Below are positions 1 through 8,808 of a stretch of DNA of 64,000 nt, piece by piece. Below the pieces are notes generated by a model. That model searched no databases. It worked only from the letters and a program-made list of their open reading frames with translations, and was not told the DNA's origin. Origin of the DNA: Abditibacterium sp. GTDB taxonomy: Bacteria > Armatimonadota > Abditibacteriia > Abditibacteriales > Abditibacteriaceae. Each line of letters begins with the position of its first letter. The stretch's first letter is position 1. The DNA lies in assembly GCA_965199495.1 (NCBI GenBank), contig CBDASK010000003.1, positions 1,120,001 to 1,184,000 on the forward strand, written 5' to 3'. Made by a program: the position numbers and the translations under genes.

Positions 1-675
1 ACTGCTCCATCAACCGCGCGCCCTCTTCCACGCGCCGGTCAGCGGACGTGTTATTGAGCAAATAACCCTACGGGTCGAGAAACGCATTAAAACGCCAATC
101 CGCGCCATCGAGATTCACTTTATGGTCGGCCAAAAAACGCCGTTAGCATCGCTCAGTCGCCAGCGCCAACGGTGAGGGTTCTCGAAATCAAGAGCTTCCA
201 GAATTGATACTGATGCAGCCATAACTTTTCCTGAGAGAAATTAAGGTTAACTCATAGGACAAACTTTGTCTGAGTAGAAGAATTTAGAATATGCCTCAGC
301 GATTCCTATAGGTAGGCGAAAGGCGAATTGCGAAAGGGCACCGCGTTCAACCACACGTTTGGCCACACACATTAGGGCGACGCGGAGACAGTATCTAACC
401 AGTGTTGCGGATTTGGATTCGGCCACCAAAAGCGGGCCGCGAAGCGGATTCGCAACAAAATTTTCGCGTATGGTCGTATCTGTAACGAAACAAAGCGCTA
501 TTTTCAATCTTCGATATTCACGTTTCAGCCCTCGGCGCTCCTGAAGCAACCAAACCCGCAGTACTAGTCATCTACATCCGCGTATGTCTTTTTGGCCCTC
601 GACGATATTTCCCTTAGCCCCCTTGGACTGGTTCGGACATTCAGTGCCTACCAATCCGTCTTGGTTCCTTTTTCT

Positions 676-1176
676 TCATCCAAACAATTTCCGGTCGAAC
701 GCCCGATAGTTAATCGCCTCGGCGACGTGGTGCATCTCGATATTCTCGGCGCCCTCCAAGTCCGCGATGGTTCGCGAAACTTTGAGTATTCTGTCGTATC
801 CCCTGCCGCTCAAACCGAACTGCGAAATCGCGGTTTTAAGCAAATCTTTGGTCGCCCCGTCCATCTCGCAAAATTCGCGCAGCTCCTTCGCTTTCATGCG
901 CGCATTGCAACTCGCCGAACTGCCCGCCATGCGCGCCGTTTGCTGCGCCCGCGCGCCACACACGCGCCGTCGCACCGTCGCCGAACTTTCGCCCGTGCGC
1001 TTGCCCATCAGCTCCTCGGACGATAAGCGCGGCACTTCGATGTGAATGTCTATGCGATCCAACAAAGGCCCGCTTATCCGAGAGAGGTAACGCCGGATTT
1101 GCGGCGCGGTGCAGGTGCAGGGCTTTTCCGATGGCGAACCGGTGGGTGTTCCCCCCAGCAGGAAACCGCACGGACA
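676..1176 (-). pseudogene. comM: 3' half of comM/yifB (Mg-chelatase-like AAA+ ATPase), separated from its 5' half by element integration; probably the original chromosomal copy
   Basis: Reads CPCGFLLGG...CTCTAPQIRRYLSRISGPLLDRIDIHIEVP...LSGRGYDRILKVSRTIADL...HVAEAINYR, typical ComM/YifB C-terminal motifs. Homology stops abruptly at the CPCG codons (1176). Confidence 0.93.
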
Positions 1177-2843
1177 TCCATGTCAGATGCAGTTGGAACT
1201 ACATTGACAGAGATATTGGATTTATCGAAAGCATAATAGACCACGGCACGAGCCGTTTTCTTCTCAGCTATCTCTATCGTTTCCACGGTAATCTTCTCGA
1301 CTAAAGCTTCCACGATCTCGCGCTTGATTTCCCAAGAAAGTTCTTCGTCCAACCACTGATTGAAATTTTTCAACCAATCTTCAGTCGTGGCGAGTCGAGC
1401 AGAAGAATACTCGGTTTGGCGGAATTGTTTTTCTATATCCGCAACATGATTTCGCAAGACTTTCTCCTCGGCGTCGATCTTTGAGATTAGCGCGTCATAC
1501 GTGACCTCATTGAACTTCCCTTCGACTAACAGAGTCGCCGCCTTCAGTCGAGCTTTTTGTTTCTCTGCGAGAGCGCATTTGATGGACTCGATTTGTGCCC
1601 CAAGATTTTCCTGTCCCTCCCCCTCCTGCTTCATCTTTTGCTCAATTTGCTCCAGCACTTTGCCAGGGTTACGGAGAAAACTTTCAATGTCTTTCCAGAC
1701 AATCTCCTCAATGTCACCTTGTATAGACTTAGAAGGACATTTTTGGCCACGATCCGCATAGATTCCTCGCGCGTTTTGCTTACCATTGCAGACGTAATAA
1801 GAGCGGACTTTCTTATCTTGCCCCGCCTCGCTCTTCTTCTGGTAAACCCCGCTTACGGTTCCAATATAAGTCAAGCCACATAAATCGCATTTGATTAGAC
1901 CACGCAGCAGATATTTCCGCTTTGCGCTACGCTTGCTAAAGAGCATGTTTTTAGTCAGAGTTGCTTGCGCTTTGTCCCATTGCTCCACTGTTACGATAGC
2001 GGGCATCTCACGTTCAATGGGAGAACGCCCTGATTTGGAGCGACGTCCATATAAATGGACACCCTTATAGATTGGCTCTCGGAGCATATTACAAATGCGC
2101 GAAGGACGCCAAATCGCTTGAGTGCGCTTTTTACGTTTCCCATCCAGCGGATCTTGTTGGTTCACCTGACGATCATCTTTGACATAGGAGGGAGGCACCC
2201 TGAGAGCGTTTAGCTGCTCTGCGATGAAATAACACGAACGCCCCTCTTCCGCCCAGTTGTATATGGAGCGTATAACATCGACTTCTGACAAGGTATGACC
2301 GGCAATTGGTGCATCAGAAATCAATAACTTGGCATCCCTCTTCTTCCCCATTACGCGATAACCATAGGGAACGATGCCGCCGAGCCACGCCCCCTTTGCA
2401 GCCAATTGTAAAGTGGCCGTCCGCGACCGCTCAAGAAAGGTATCGCGTTCAAGTTGACCAAAAACAGACTGTATTCCAGTCATAGCGCGTCCCATTGGCG
2501 AACTCATATCGAGTGTCTCAGTCGCGCTTACGACTACGACACCAAGTTCACTCAAATCTCGCAGTGCCGTCATAGTCACGATTTGCGAGCGCCCCAATCT
2601 ATCCACCTTGTAGATAATAAGGGTAGAAATTTGTCCTCTTTTGGCAGCTTCTACCAAACGCCCCCCGGCAGGGCGTTCTTCCAGTGGTATCGTGCCAGAA
2701 ATTCCATCATCCAAAAACTCTTCTGTGACGGTATACCCGTGATTACGAGCATATTCGCTAACAACATGTATCTGGGTTTGGATGTTTTTGCTTTGTTGCT
2801 GCTTCTCAGTCGAGACGCGGCAGTAGGTAACAGCTTGTTTCAA
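1074..2843 (-). CDS. Large serine recombinase (resolvase + recombinase + zinc ribbon + coiled coil), LSR1
   Basis: YCRVST catalytic Ser motif, DDGISG, KVDRLGR, WLGGIVPYGY, LLRGLIKCDLCG...YYVCNG zinc ribbon. Confidence 0.95.
   Translation of the reverse strand: MKQAVTYCRVSTEKQQQSKNIQTQIHVVSEYARNHGYTVTEEFLDDGISGTIPLEERPAGGRLVEAAKRGQISTLIIYKVDRLGRSQIVTMTALRDLSELGVVVVSATETLDMSSPMGRAMTGIQSVFGQLERDTFLERSRTATLQLAAKGAWLGGIVPYGYRVMGKKRDAKLLISDAPIAGHTLSEVDVIRSIYNWAEEGRSCYFIAEQLNALRVPPSYVKDDRQVNQQDPLDGKRKKRTQAIWRPSRICNMLREPIYKGVHLYGRRSKSGRSPIEREMPAIVTVEQWDKAQATLTKNMLFSKRSAKRKYLLRGLIKCDLCGLTYIGTVSGVYQKKSEAGQDKKVRSYYVCNGKQNARGIYADRGQKCPSKSIQGDIEEIVWKDIESFLRNPGKVLEQIEQKMKQEGEGQENLGAQIESIKCALAEKQKARLKAATLLVEGKFNEVTYDALISKIDAEEKVLRNHVADIEKQFRQTEYSSARLATTEDWLKNFNQWLDEELSWEIKREIVEALVEKITVETIEIAEKKTARAVVYYAFDKSNISVNVVPTASDMDVRAVSCWGEHPPVRHRKSPAPAPRRKSGVTSLG
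1157..1176. other. att core (attR-like) of element B
   Basis: CCGCACGGACA at 1166-1176 is identical to 46281-46291 and marks the point where comM homology ends inside the LSR1 3' end. Confidence 0.8.
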
Positions 2844-2900
2844 CAGATTCTCCTTGAAATATAATGGATAGTCACACTCATCATATCATTGATTTTATCA

Positions 2901-2928
2901 TATTCTCATTGAATTTTCAATGAGAATA
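2901..2928. promoter_or_regulatory. Palindromic operator candidate between divergent LSR1 and RHH-like gene
   Basis: TATTCTCATTGAA-tt-TTCAATGAGAATA: perfect 13-bp arms with a 2-nt spacer. Confidence 0.6.
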
Positions 2929-2989
2929 CAGTATTTTCATTGCACAAGCAGATGTAATCAGAACATACTTGCGCATTTAAGGAAGTTAC

Positions 2990-3232
2990 ATGGCAATGAA
3001 AACAAAGGAAGGATTAATGACACAGTCCTTCATGCTCTCCGACGATGACATCAAGTTCATCGAGAAAACGCGTGAGTCCAATGGCTTGACCAACAAGAGC
3101 GCCGCCTTGCGTCAGCTACTTCATAATGCTCTGCTCTACCAACAACTCAAAGAGGGAGTGACCGGCAAAGTGACGAAACGAGTTCAGGCAGAAATAGCAC
3201 AGCAGATAGCGCACGCGTTGAAACAAGATTAA
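2990..3232 (+). CDS. Small ribbon-helix-helix/CopG-like DNA-binding protein
   Basis: AAGGAAG RBS. TQSFMLSDDDIKFIEK...NKSAALRQLL fits the RHH beta-strand/helix/helix pattern. Confidence 0.6.
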   Translation: MAMKTKEGLMTQSFMLSDDDIKFIEKTRESNGLTNKSAALRQLLHNALLYQQLKEGVTGKVTKRVQAEIAQQIAHALKQD

Positions 3233-3320
3233 ATGAAGGAGCGCGTTTCGTCAGCAACGACAACCTTTCAGAGTCACGGGATAATTGGCTCCTTATCCCA
3301 TAACTCTGAAAGGTTGGGGA

Positions 3321-3791
3321 TCACAAAGCATTCTCCCACATGAAGTCAACCATCCAATCTTCCAATCCTTGCAGGATGACGATGGCTCTGCCAATTCTGC
3401 GTTGGTTGATTTCACTCGACTCTTGGTGCTCCATGCGACTGATTACGTTAACAGACTTGAGAATCCAATCGTTAGGGCACTCAAGAAGGAAGCCAGGGAC
3501 GGGAATCGGCTCATTAGGAACGATGCCGCGCTTTGCACATTCGATCAAGCAGGCGAAGGGTAACAACACGTCAGGTAATCCGCACTCCCAATCGTGGATT
3601 GTGTTCATCGAAGAGGACACAATGGAAGTGACGAGGCCGCTTTTATGCTCGGAGATCCACTGGCGTATTCGAGGTGCAACCAAACTCTTGGGCTGAACAA
3701 TCAATTTCGGGGGGCCATTAATCCCTTGATACTCTACTCTGAAATTGAGCTTTTCGGATCGCAGATGGGCGAGTAGTTGAGATGGACACAT
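3321..3791 (-). CDS. Hypothetical protein coupled to the primase-helicase
   Basis: 156-aa ORF whose start overlaps the stop of 3791-5962. Confidence 0.6.
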   Translation of the reverse strand: MCPSQLLAHLRSEKLNFRVEYQGINGPPKLIVQPKSLVAPRIRQWISEHKSGLVTSIVSSSMNTIHDWECGLPDVLLPFACLIECAKRGIVPNEPIPVPGFLLECPNDWILKSVNVISRMEHQESSEINQRRIGRAIVILQGLEDWMVDFMWENAL

Positions 3792-5962
3792 CAGAACTCC
3801 TCCTCTTCTAAATCATCGGCAGAACTGTGTCTCAGCGTCTCGTCCCCTATAGAGGTATGAGATTGAGACTCTTCGGGAAAAGAAATCTCGTTTGCCTCTG
3901 ATTTATCTTCGGAGTTATGTCTCAGCATCTCATCCTCTATAAGGGTTTGAGATTGAGACACTTCATCCGAAGAATCTTCATCCTCGATCTCAAGCGAAGT
4001 TTGTGTGAAGTCTTCTACCAAATGGTATTTGCCACGCCCCCCACCAGTCTTTGTAATCGAACCCTGCTTTTCCAAGGCTTTTCTTACTCTGTGAAAGGTA
4101 GCGCGCGAGAGGCTTGAGGCCTTCTCCAAGTCAGTTGAAGTGGCTCCATTTGGTGATACTTCGCGCAAGAAGTTCAAGATGCTTGCCTCCTTCTCTCCTT
4201 CTTTTTCTGAGTCAGATTTTTGGTATTCGCCTTCGCAAGTCCAAGTGAAGGTTGATGGGTTCCATTGAAAAGACAGATTGATGTGTTCAACGTCACGTCC
4301 TACCACAAAAAATTTCGCTTGGTCACTATTTCGGTTCCTTTCCAGGATCAATACGCTATCTGCTGCAGCGGTTATTCCCGTTGAACCCGAAACACTCTTC
4401 AATATGTCATCTGTTACCATTTTCGTGGTATGATGAACAAGAATTATGGCGACACCAAATTTATCAGCAAGCGCCTTAAACTCTCCGATATGTTCGTAGT
4501 CTTCAGTGTAGATATCGGACCTATTAACTCTGGCCTGACGAAGTTTCTTGAACGTATCAACGATAACAAGACGAGCTTCTTGATGGGCGCTGAGCCATTC
4601 TTCCAACATCTCCTTCCCTCCTTGGTCGAAAGGAGGCCAGTCATCAGCGAAGTGGAGCGTTTCTGGTGCATCCGCTTCTTGGAGAACTTTGCCAAGCCTG
4701 TCTTGTAAACGCCTCTTCGTGTCTTCGAGCGCTAAGTAAAGAACATCTCCAGCTTCTACTGGAAACCGTCCAAATGCGGAACCACCCTTCGCAATGGTAA
4801 TCCCTAAATCAAGTGACATCCATGACTTCCCTATCTTAGGAGCGCCTACAAGAAGTGTTAATCCTTCCGGTATCAATCCCTCGACTGCCCAACGCATCGG
4901 AGGAAAATCTGCTGACATCAATTCTTTGGCAGTAAGAATCAAAGGAGATGATGGGCTGCTTAATGAGATGAGGCTCTGTAGCGTCTCACCTTCGATCAGA
5001 ATATGGTTCTCTGTAAGGTCTGCCAAAGCATCCTTTAGCGAAGAATTCTCCTTGCGACAATCTTCCCAAAAATCGGATGCGTCGTAACCTTGCTTGACCT
5101 CTGTAGGCCATTGCTTCGCGACTACGTCCAATCCAATGTGGCGAGCCGCCACGCATACGATTTTTGTTGACGATTGCCCGCATTCATCAGCATCAAGCAA
5201 GACGATCAACTTAGCGGTATTTTTGTCTTTTAGACATTGACAGATAACCTGGAAAGATTTAGCACTGCGTCCCTCTCCCAAGGGACAGATCGCACGAATT
5301 CCCTCTTGCCAGAAGAGCCAAACTGCTAATTCGCTATTGACTAAGTAAACGTCGTCGCCAGGTTCAACCAGATGGCAAGCATAAGCAACTGGAATTCCTT
5401 TGCTTTTGGTGTTGTTGTCCCACAGCGTTTTGGCAGGTTTTCTTGGTTTTCCCTGTTTGTCCTCGCTGGGTTGAAGGGCTGGATTTCGATATTTGACTCG
5501 GTGACGCCCCTCCTTCCCATCTGGGTGATGCGTGGGAAACTTTCGAGATTCACCCCATTCGGATTTAGCTCTCATAGGAGCAGAAATCTTGAAAATTTCA
5601 ACTGCTTCCTTTGATAAGCCACGCTCTTCAAGAGAACGAGTATCGTATTGCTTCTGATTGGATACTGTTTGCTTACTTGCGCTTGAGGCAAAGGAATCAG
5701 TCAAGATAGAAGTATTTGCTTCGCTCTTGTGTCCGCGTGATTGAGCTAACTCAAATACCTCTGCCTTTGTATATTTGAGTTGTCCATTTCGCTCGCTACC
5801 ATTTCCCTGAGGAAACAATGCGAACCGATCAGTCCCTTTCCCAGTGAACGGATTTGGGCCTCGGTATGTGTCACCATCTCTGATAGTGAGTCCTAAAGAA
5901 CTCGCAAGTGATGCGAGATCGCTGGGTTGCAATGAGCCAGTATTTAGAGGAAAATTTGACAT
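3791..5962 (-). CDS. Toprim-like primase fused to AAA_25/RepA-type (SF4-like) helicase
   Basis: Toprim-like IVLLDADECG, Walker A GAPKIGKS, YLALED, Walker B LVIVDTF, LVHHTTK, SGSTGITAAADSVL, C-terminal HTH. Confidence 0.85.
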   Translation of the reverse strand: MSNFPLNTGSLQPSDLASLASSLGLTIRDGDTYRGPNPFTGKGTDRFALFPQGNGSERNGQLKYTKAEVFELAQSRGHKSEANTSILTDSFASSASKQTVSNQKQYDTRSLEERGLSKEAVEIFKISAPMRAKSEWGESRKFPTHHPDGKEGRHRVKYRNPALQPSEDKQGKPRKPAKTLWDNNTKSKGIPVAYACHLVEPGDDVYLVNSELAVWLFWQEGIRAICPLGEGRSAKSFQVICQCLKDKNTAKLIVLLDADECGQSSTKIVCVAARHIGLDVVAKQWPTEVKQGYDASDFWEDCRKENSSLKDALADLTENHILIEGETLQSLISLSSPSSPLILTAKELMSADFPPMRWAVEGLIPEGLTLLVGAPKIGKSWMSLDLGITIAKGGSAFGRFPVEAGDVLYLALEDTKRRLQDRLGKVLQEADAPETLHFADDWPPFDQGGKEMLEEWLSAHQEARLVIVDTFKKLRQARVNRSDIYTEDYEHIGEFKALADKFGVAIILVHHTTKMVTDDILKSVSGSTGITAAADSVLILERNRNSDQAKFFVVGRDVEHINLSFQWNPSTFTWTCEGEYQKSDSEKEGEKEASILNFLREVSPNGATSTDLEKASSLSRATFHRVRKALEKQGSITKTGGGRGKYHLVEDFTQTSLEIEDEDSSDEVSQSQTLIEDEMLRHNSEDKSEANEISFPEESQSHTSIGDETLRHSSADDLEEEEF
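3828..3959. repeat. Two 42-bp imperfect direct repeats (90-bp period) built from inverted GTCTCA/TGAGA(C) iterons; putative ori of element B
   Basis: 3828-3869 TGTCTCAGCGTCTCGTCCCCTATAGAGGTATGAGATTGAGAC vs 3918-3959 TGTCTCAGCATCTCATCCTCTATAAGGGTTTGAGATTGAGAC. Confidence 0.7.
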
Positions 5963-6029
5963 TGGCTATATCGCGCGCCGTGAAATTACGGCGCGCTTTG
6001 TTTTCACCAAACGTTTTGTCGCTTGGGTA

Positions 6030-6164
6030 CTAATTTCCCCCTTCTTTGGATTCAAGCAAGATTGCGTTCTTAGGCCTCATCTTTGATGCAATTAAAATGA
6101 GAACCGCTTGGAGTTGGCGATCTTGGCTGGGCGTAAAAACGCGCTCAACAATAATCGGTGTCAT
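6030..6164 (-). CDS. 44-aa small protein missing from the ORF track
   Basis: ATGA overlap with the Cro-like gene stop. MTPIIVERVFTPSQDRQLQAVLILIASK... resembles a segment of the 50513-50806 ORF. Confidence 0.55.
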   Translation of the reverse strand: MTPIIVERVFTPSQDRQLQAVLILIASKMRPKNAILLESKEGGN

Positions 6165-6400
6165 GACTTCACCCCCGCTTCTTCATTCACATCAGCGTCT
6201 TCCCAGATGTCTTCTACATCCACTTCGAGCGCAGTGGCAATCTTCTGCTGAGTCGTGAGACTGGGCACAAAATCCCACTTTTCGATTGCGGTGATTGTAG
6301 AGGTGCTAACTCCTGATTTCACCGATAGTCCCCAACTGGCCAATTTTTGAGATTGGCGGATCTCCTTCAAGTTATTCTGCATGAAACTCCTCGCCGGCAA
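6161..6400 (-). CDS. XRE/Cro-family HTH regulator
   Basis: NNLKEIRQ...LSVKSGVSTSTITAIEK...PSLTTQQKIATALEVDVEDIW. Confidence 0.85.
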   Translation of the reverse strand: MPARSFMQNNLKEIRQSQKLASWGLSVKSGVSTSTITAIEKWDFVPSLTTQQKIATALEVDVEDIWEDADVNEEAGVKS

Positions 6401-6512
6401 CTGCTATTGCCGTTGCGGCTACTAACGGGTTAAAGTTGACTCGAATTTGGTTAAACTTCCATCAGCGTTTAAGGCGTTTATCTGTGACTATCTGTGACAT
6501 CAGGAGAAAATT

Positions 6513-7343
6513 TTGAGCAAGGAATCCACAAACAAAAACGATGACATTATTCTTGGTTATGAATGGATGAATTCTATTGATGATTTCTCGGGAGCGCCAT
6601 TATTGTGGGCACGAGGCGAAGCGGAAATCAATGGCGATGAGATCGGCATAAAACCACGCGAATTTTATGCGGTTGATGGGAATGAATTCCTACTCTTAAT
6701 CGACGTGTCCGATCTTGCCACCGTTTTTTTATCAGAAAAAGTCTCGCGCGCGCGCAAAGAGGAAGAGCTACATAGATTTACAGATAGACATGGGCTACTA
6801 CTTTATGGTTGGCGTGAAGACAGAATCCATGCAAAAGACTGGAAGATGACATGGACCCAGTGGGAAGAAAACTTAGCAGAAATCCAGAGCTGTTTAGTTG
6901 TCTATGCACGCCTAAAAGAGTGTCTTGATGGTAATGCCAAATTTGTAAACTGGTGGAAAGAGGAAATCAGGAAGTCTTTTTCGCGCACTGACACACTCAA
7001 TAAAATCGACATAACCAATACAATGGCCCTGCATCATGCATCTAATGTATTAGGAGCGGCTTTAAGCGCACACCTCAGCGAGTGCCCAGTTCAAGTTATT
7101 TCTCATTCCCTGATGAAGAAAGTAGGAGTTTTGCAGAGAGCCGAACCAACTCGGCTTAGTTTTGGTATCTGTGTCCGAAGCCTAATCCATGTTATTTACA
7201 GGTTTATTGCAACTATTGCTGTTGAAAGCAAACCAATCTTGATATGTGTTAATTGCGGAAGGTTATTCGAAGCACGGAGCAAAACTGCAACTTGTAGAGA
7301 TGCATGCCGTAAAGAGCTATCCCGTTCCATACCAGAAACATAG
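6513..7343 (+). CDS. Hypothetical protein with C-terminal CGNR-like zinc finger; probable element regulator
   Basis: AGGAG RBS. C-terminal CVNCGRLFEA...TCRDACRK. Divergent from the Cro-like gene. Confidence 0.6.
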   Translation: MSKESTNKNDDIILGYEWMNSIDDFSGAPLLWARGEAEINGDEIGIKPREFYAVDGNEFLLLIDVSDLATVFLSEKVSRARKEEELHRFTDRHGLLLYGWREDRIHAKDWKMTWTQWEENLAEIQSCLVVYARLKECLDGNAKFVNWWKEEIRKSFSRTDTLNKIDITNTMALHHASNVLGAALSAHLSECPVQVISHSLMKKVGVLQRAEPTRLSFGICVRSLIHVIYRFIATIAVESKPILICVNCGRLFEARSKTATCRDACRKELSRSIPET

Positions 7344-7442
7344 GAGTTACGCAGTTGGGAAATTTTGAGTGTGGACGTGATCTGCTTTTGCGTTTTTTCG
7401 CTCCACGCTCAAACGTGAAAATCTTCAACTGCGTAACTCCTA
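7341..7442. mobile_element. 102-bp MITE-like element / long hairpin
   Basis: 17-bp perfect TIRs (TAGGAGTTACGCAGTTG at 7341-7357, CAACTGCGTAACTCCTA at 7426-7442) flanked by AAACA direct repeats (7336-7340, 7443-7447). Confidence 0.65.
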
Positions 7443-7479
7443 AAACATAAGCATCAAATACACAAATGAATTCGAATTG

Positions 7480-8661
7480 TTAGCTGTTTTCGTCTGAGTC
7501 ACTCAATGCGAAATGACGGATGAGCTTATCCAACGTGAATGCGTTTGACAGGCGGCAGACGCTATTTTGGTTGGCGAACATTCCTGTTTCTCGATAGGCT
7601 TGCTCACGTTCGACAGTATGAATCCAACGCACAGGAACAACATACTCGCAATCGTCAAGGTTATCGGCATCGTGCCCCATATTGGGCGCATCTAAAGGCA
7701 ATTCCAGCAAAGGGATTTGTCCTTCTGCCCTGTCCGCTTGCCACTGCGTTGCAGGTATAGCATCGCCCTCCACGATTCCAACACCCGCGTAACCGCTACC
7801 AAAACCGTCGCCCGCAGGAAGATATGCGAATACGCGCGCTCCCTTGAATAAAAGTTGTAAGGAGCGGCTATACCACTTGCCACCGCCAGCGGCGATGAAG
7901 CCATAGCGACGACAATCTTCCCAATGGCGAAAATCGTCTTGGAGCACGTTTACGTAGAAATCTTTGCCATTCCAAACTTCACTTGTTGTGCTCTTGCTGC
8001 TCTTCTTAGGTGGTTGAACTTCTGTAGTGTGTGGATCGAGCAACCAGGTGCGTGCCAGCATTGGAGTCCCGCTTTCTTTGAAAAAGTGGAAGAATACAGC
8101 ATTGATTGGCACGCCATAATTATCTGTCAGGTAGCCAATGATCCGCTCAGTTTCACTATCCAATCGGGCGGCTACAATAACGAGGCGATGACCAGCATTT
8201 ATCACTTCGGGAAGCGAGCCGCCAAAGGATTCTTCGTAAACACTTTCAAATGCTAAAGTGGGATTATTATCGGCGAAGATACGCACGATGTCATCATAAG
8301 AAAGCCCTTGAACCCACGACCCATAATCGAGAGTCTGCGCGACTACATCACGAGGCGTTTTATCTCGCTTCAACTCGATCACGACCAAATAGCCCTCTCT
8401 ATCCATTGCCAAAATGTCGATGAACTTACCCGAAGCTGTAACGACTTGTCGCCCTAACAACATCAATCCAGGCGCAACAATAGATAAATCCTGCACAATA
8501 GCGTCTTCCAAATGACGCTCTAAATCGGGCGCACTAAACGTAATCGGCTCTGGTTTGAGTTCAGTTCCGGTAAGTCTCCAAATCTTGAGTTCAATAGGCA
8601 TAATGACACAAATTCTTTTATTTCCGCAACCACTCTCAATCGAGAGAATAAAGCAATTCAA
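7480..8661 (-). CDS. NucS/DUF91-like PD-(D/E)XK endonuclease domain protein
   Basis: ERHLED...GRQVVT..GKFIDILAMD..GYLVVIELKRDKTPRDVVAQTLDY. Start probably at the later MPIELK. Confidence 0.85.
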   Translation of the reverse strand: MNCFILSIESGCGNKRICVIMPIELKIWRLTGTELKPEPITFSAPDLERHLEDAIVQDLSIVAPGLMLLGRQVVTASGKFIDILAMDREGYLVVIELKRDKTPRDVVAQTLDYGSWVQGLSYDDIVRIFADNNPTLAFESVYEESFGGSLPEVINAGHRLVIVAARLDSETERIIGYLTDNYGVPINAVFFHFFKESGTPMLARTWLLDPHTTEVQPPKKSSKSTTSEVWNGKDFYVNVLQDDFRHWEDCRRYGFIAAGGGKWYSRSLQLLFKGARVFAYLPAGDGFGSGYAGVGIVEGDAIPATQWQADRAEGQIPLLELPLDAPNMGHDADNLDDCEYVVPVRWIHTVEREQAYRETGMFANQNSVCRLSNAFTLDKLIRHFALSDSDENS

Positions 8662-8808
8662 TTGCTCACGTCAACTTGAAAACATTGATGGATTTGGCTC
8701 ACAGTTTACGTATATTACTCAGGGTAAACTTCCGATCAACTCGCCCACTTTTGCAAGCATCAATTCTATTTTGAAAGTGCCTACAAGCTACGCTTAACGA
8801 GAGGGTAA

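Noticed and set aside
247..549. Short overlapping ORFs downstream of comM
   Set aside because: No motifs or convincing start signals.
7341..7442. Hairpin as an integron attC site
   Set aside because: Single instance, no integron integrase in the window, and TIR plus target duplication fits a MITE better.
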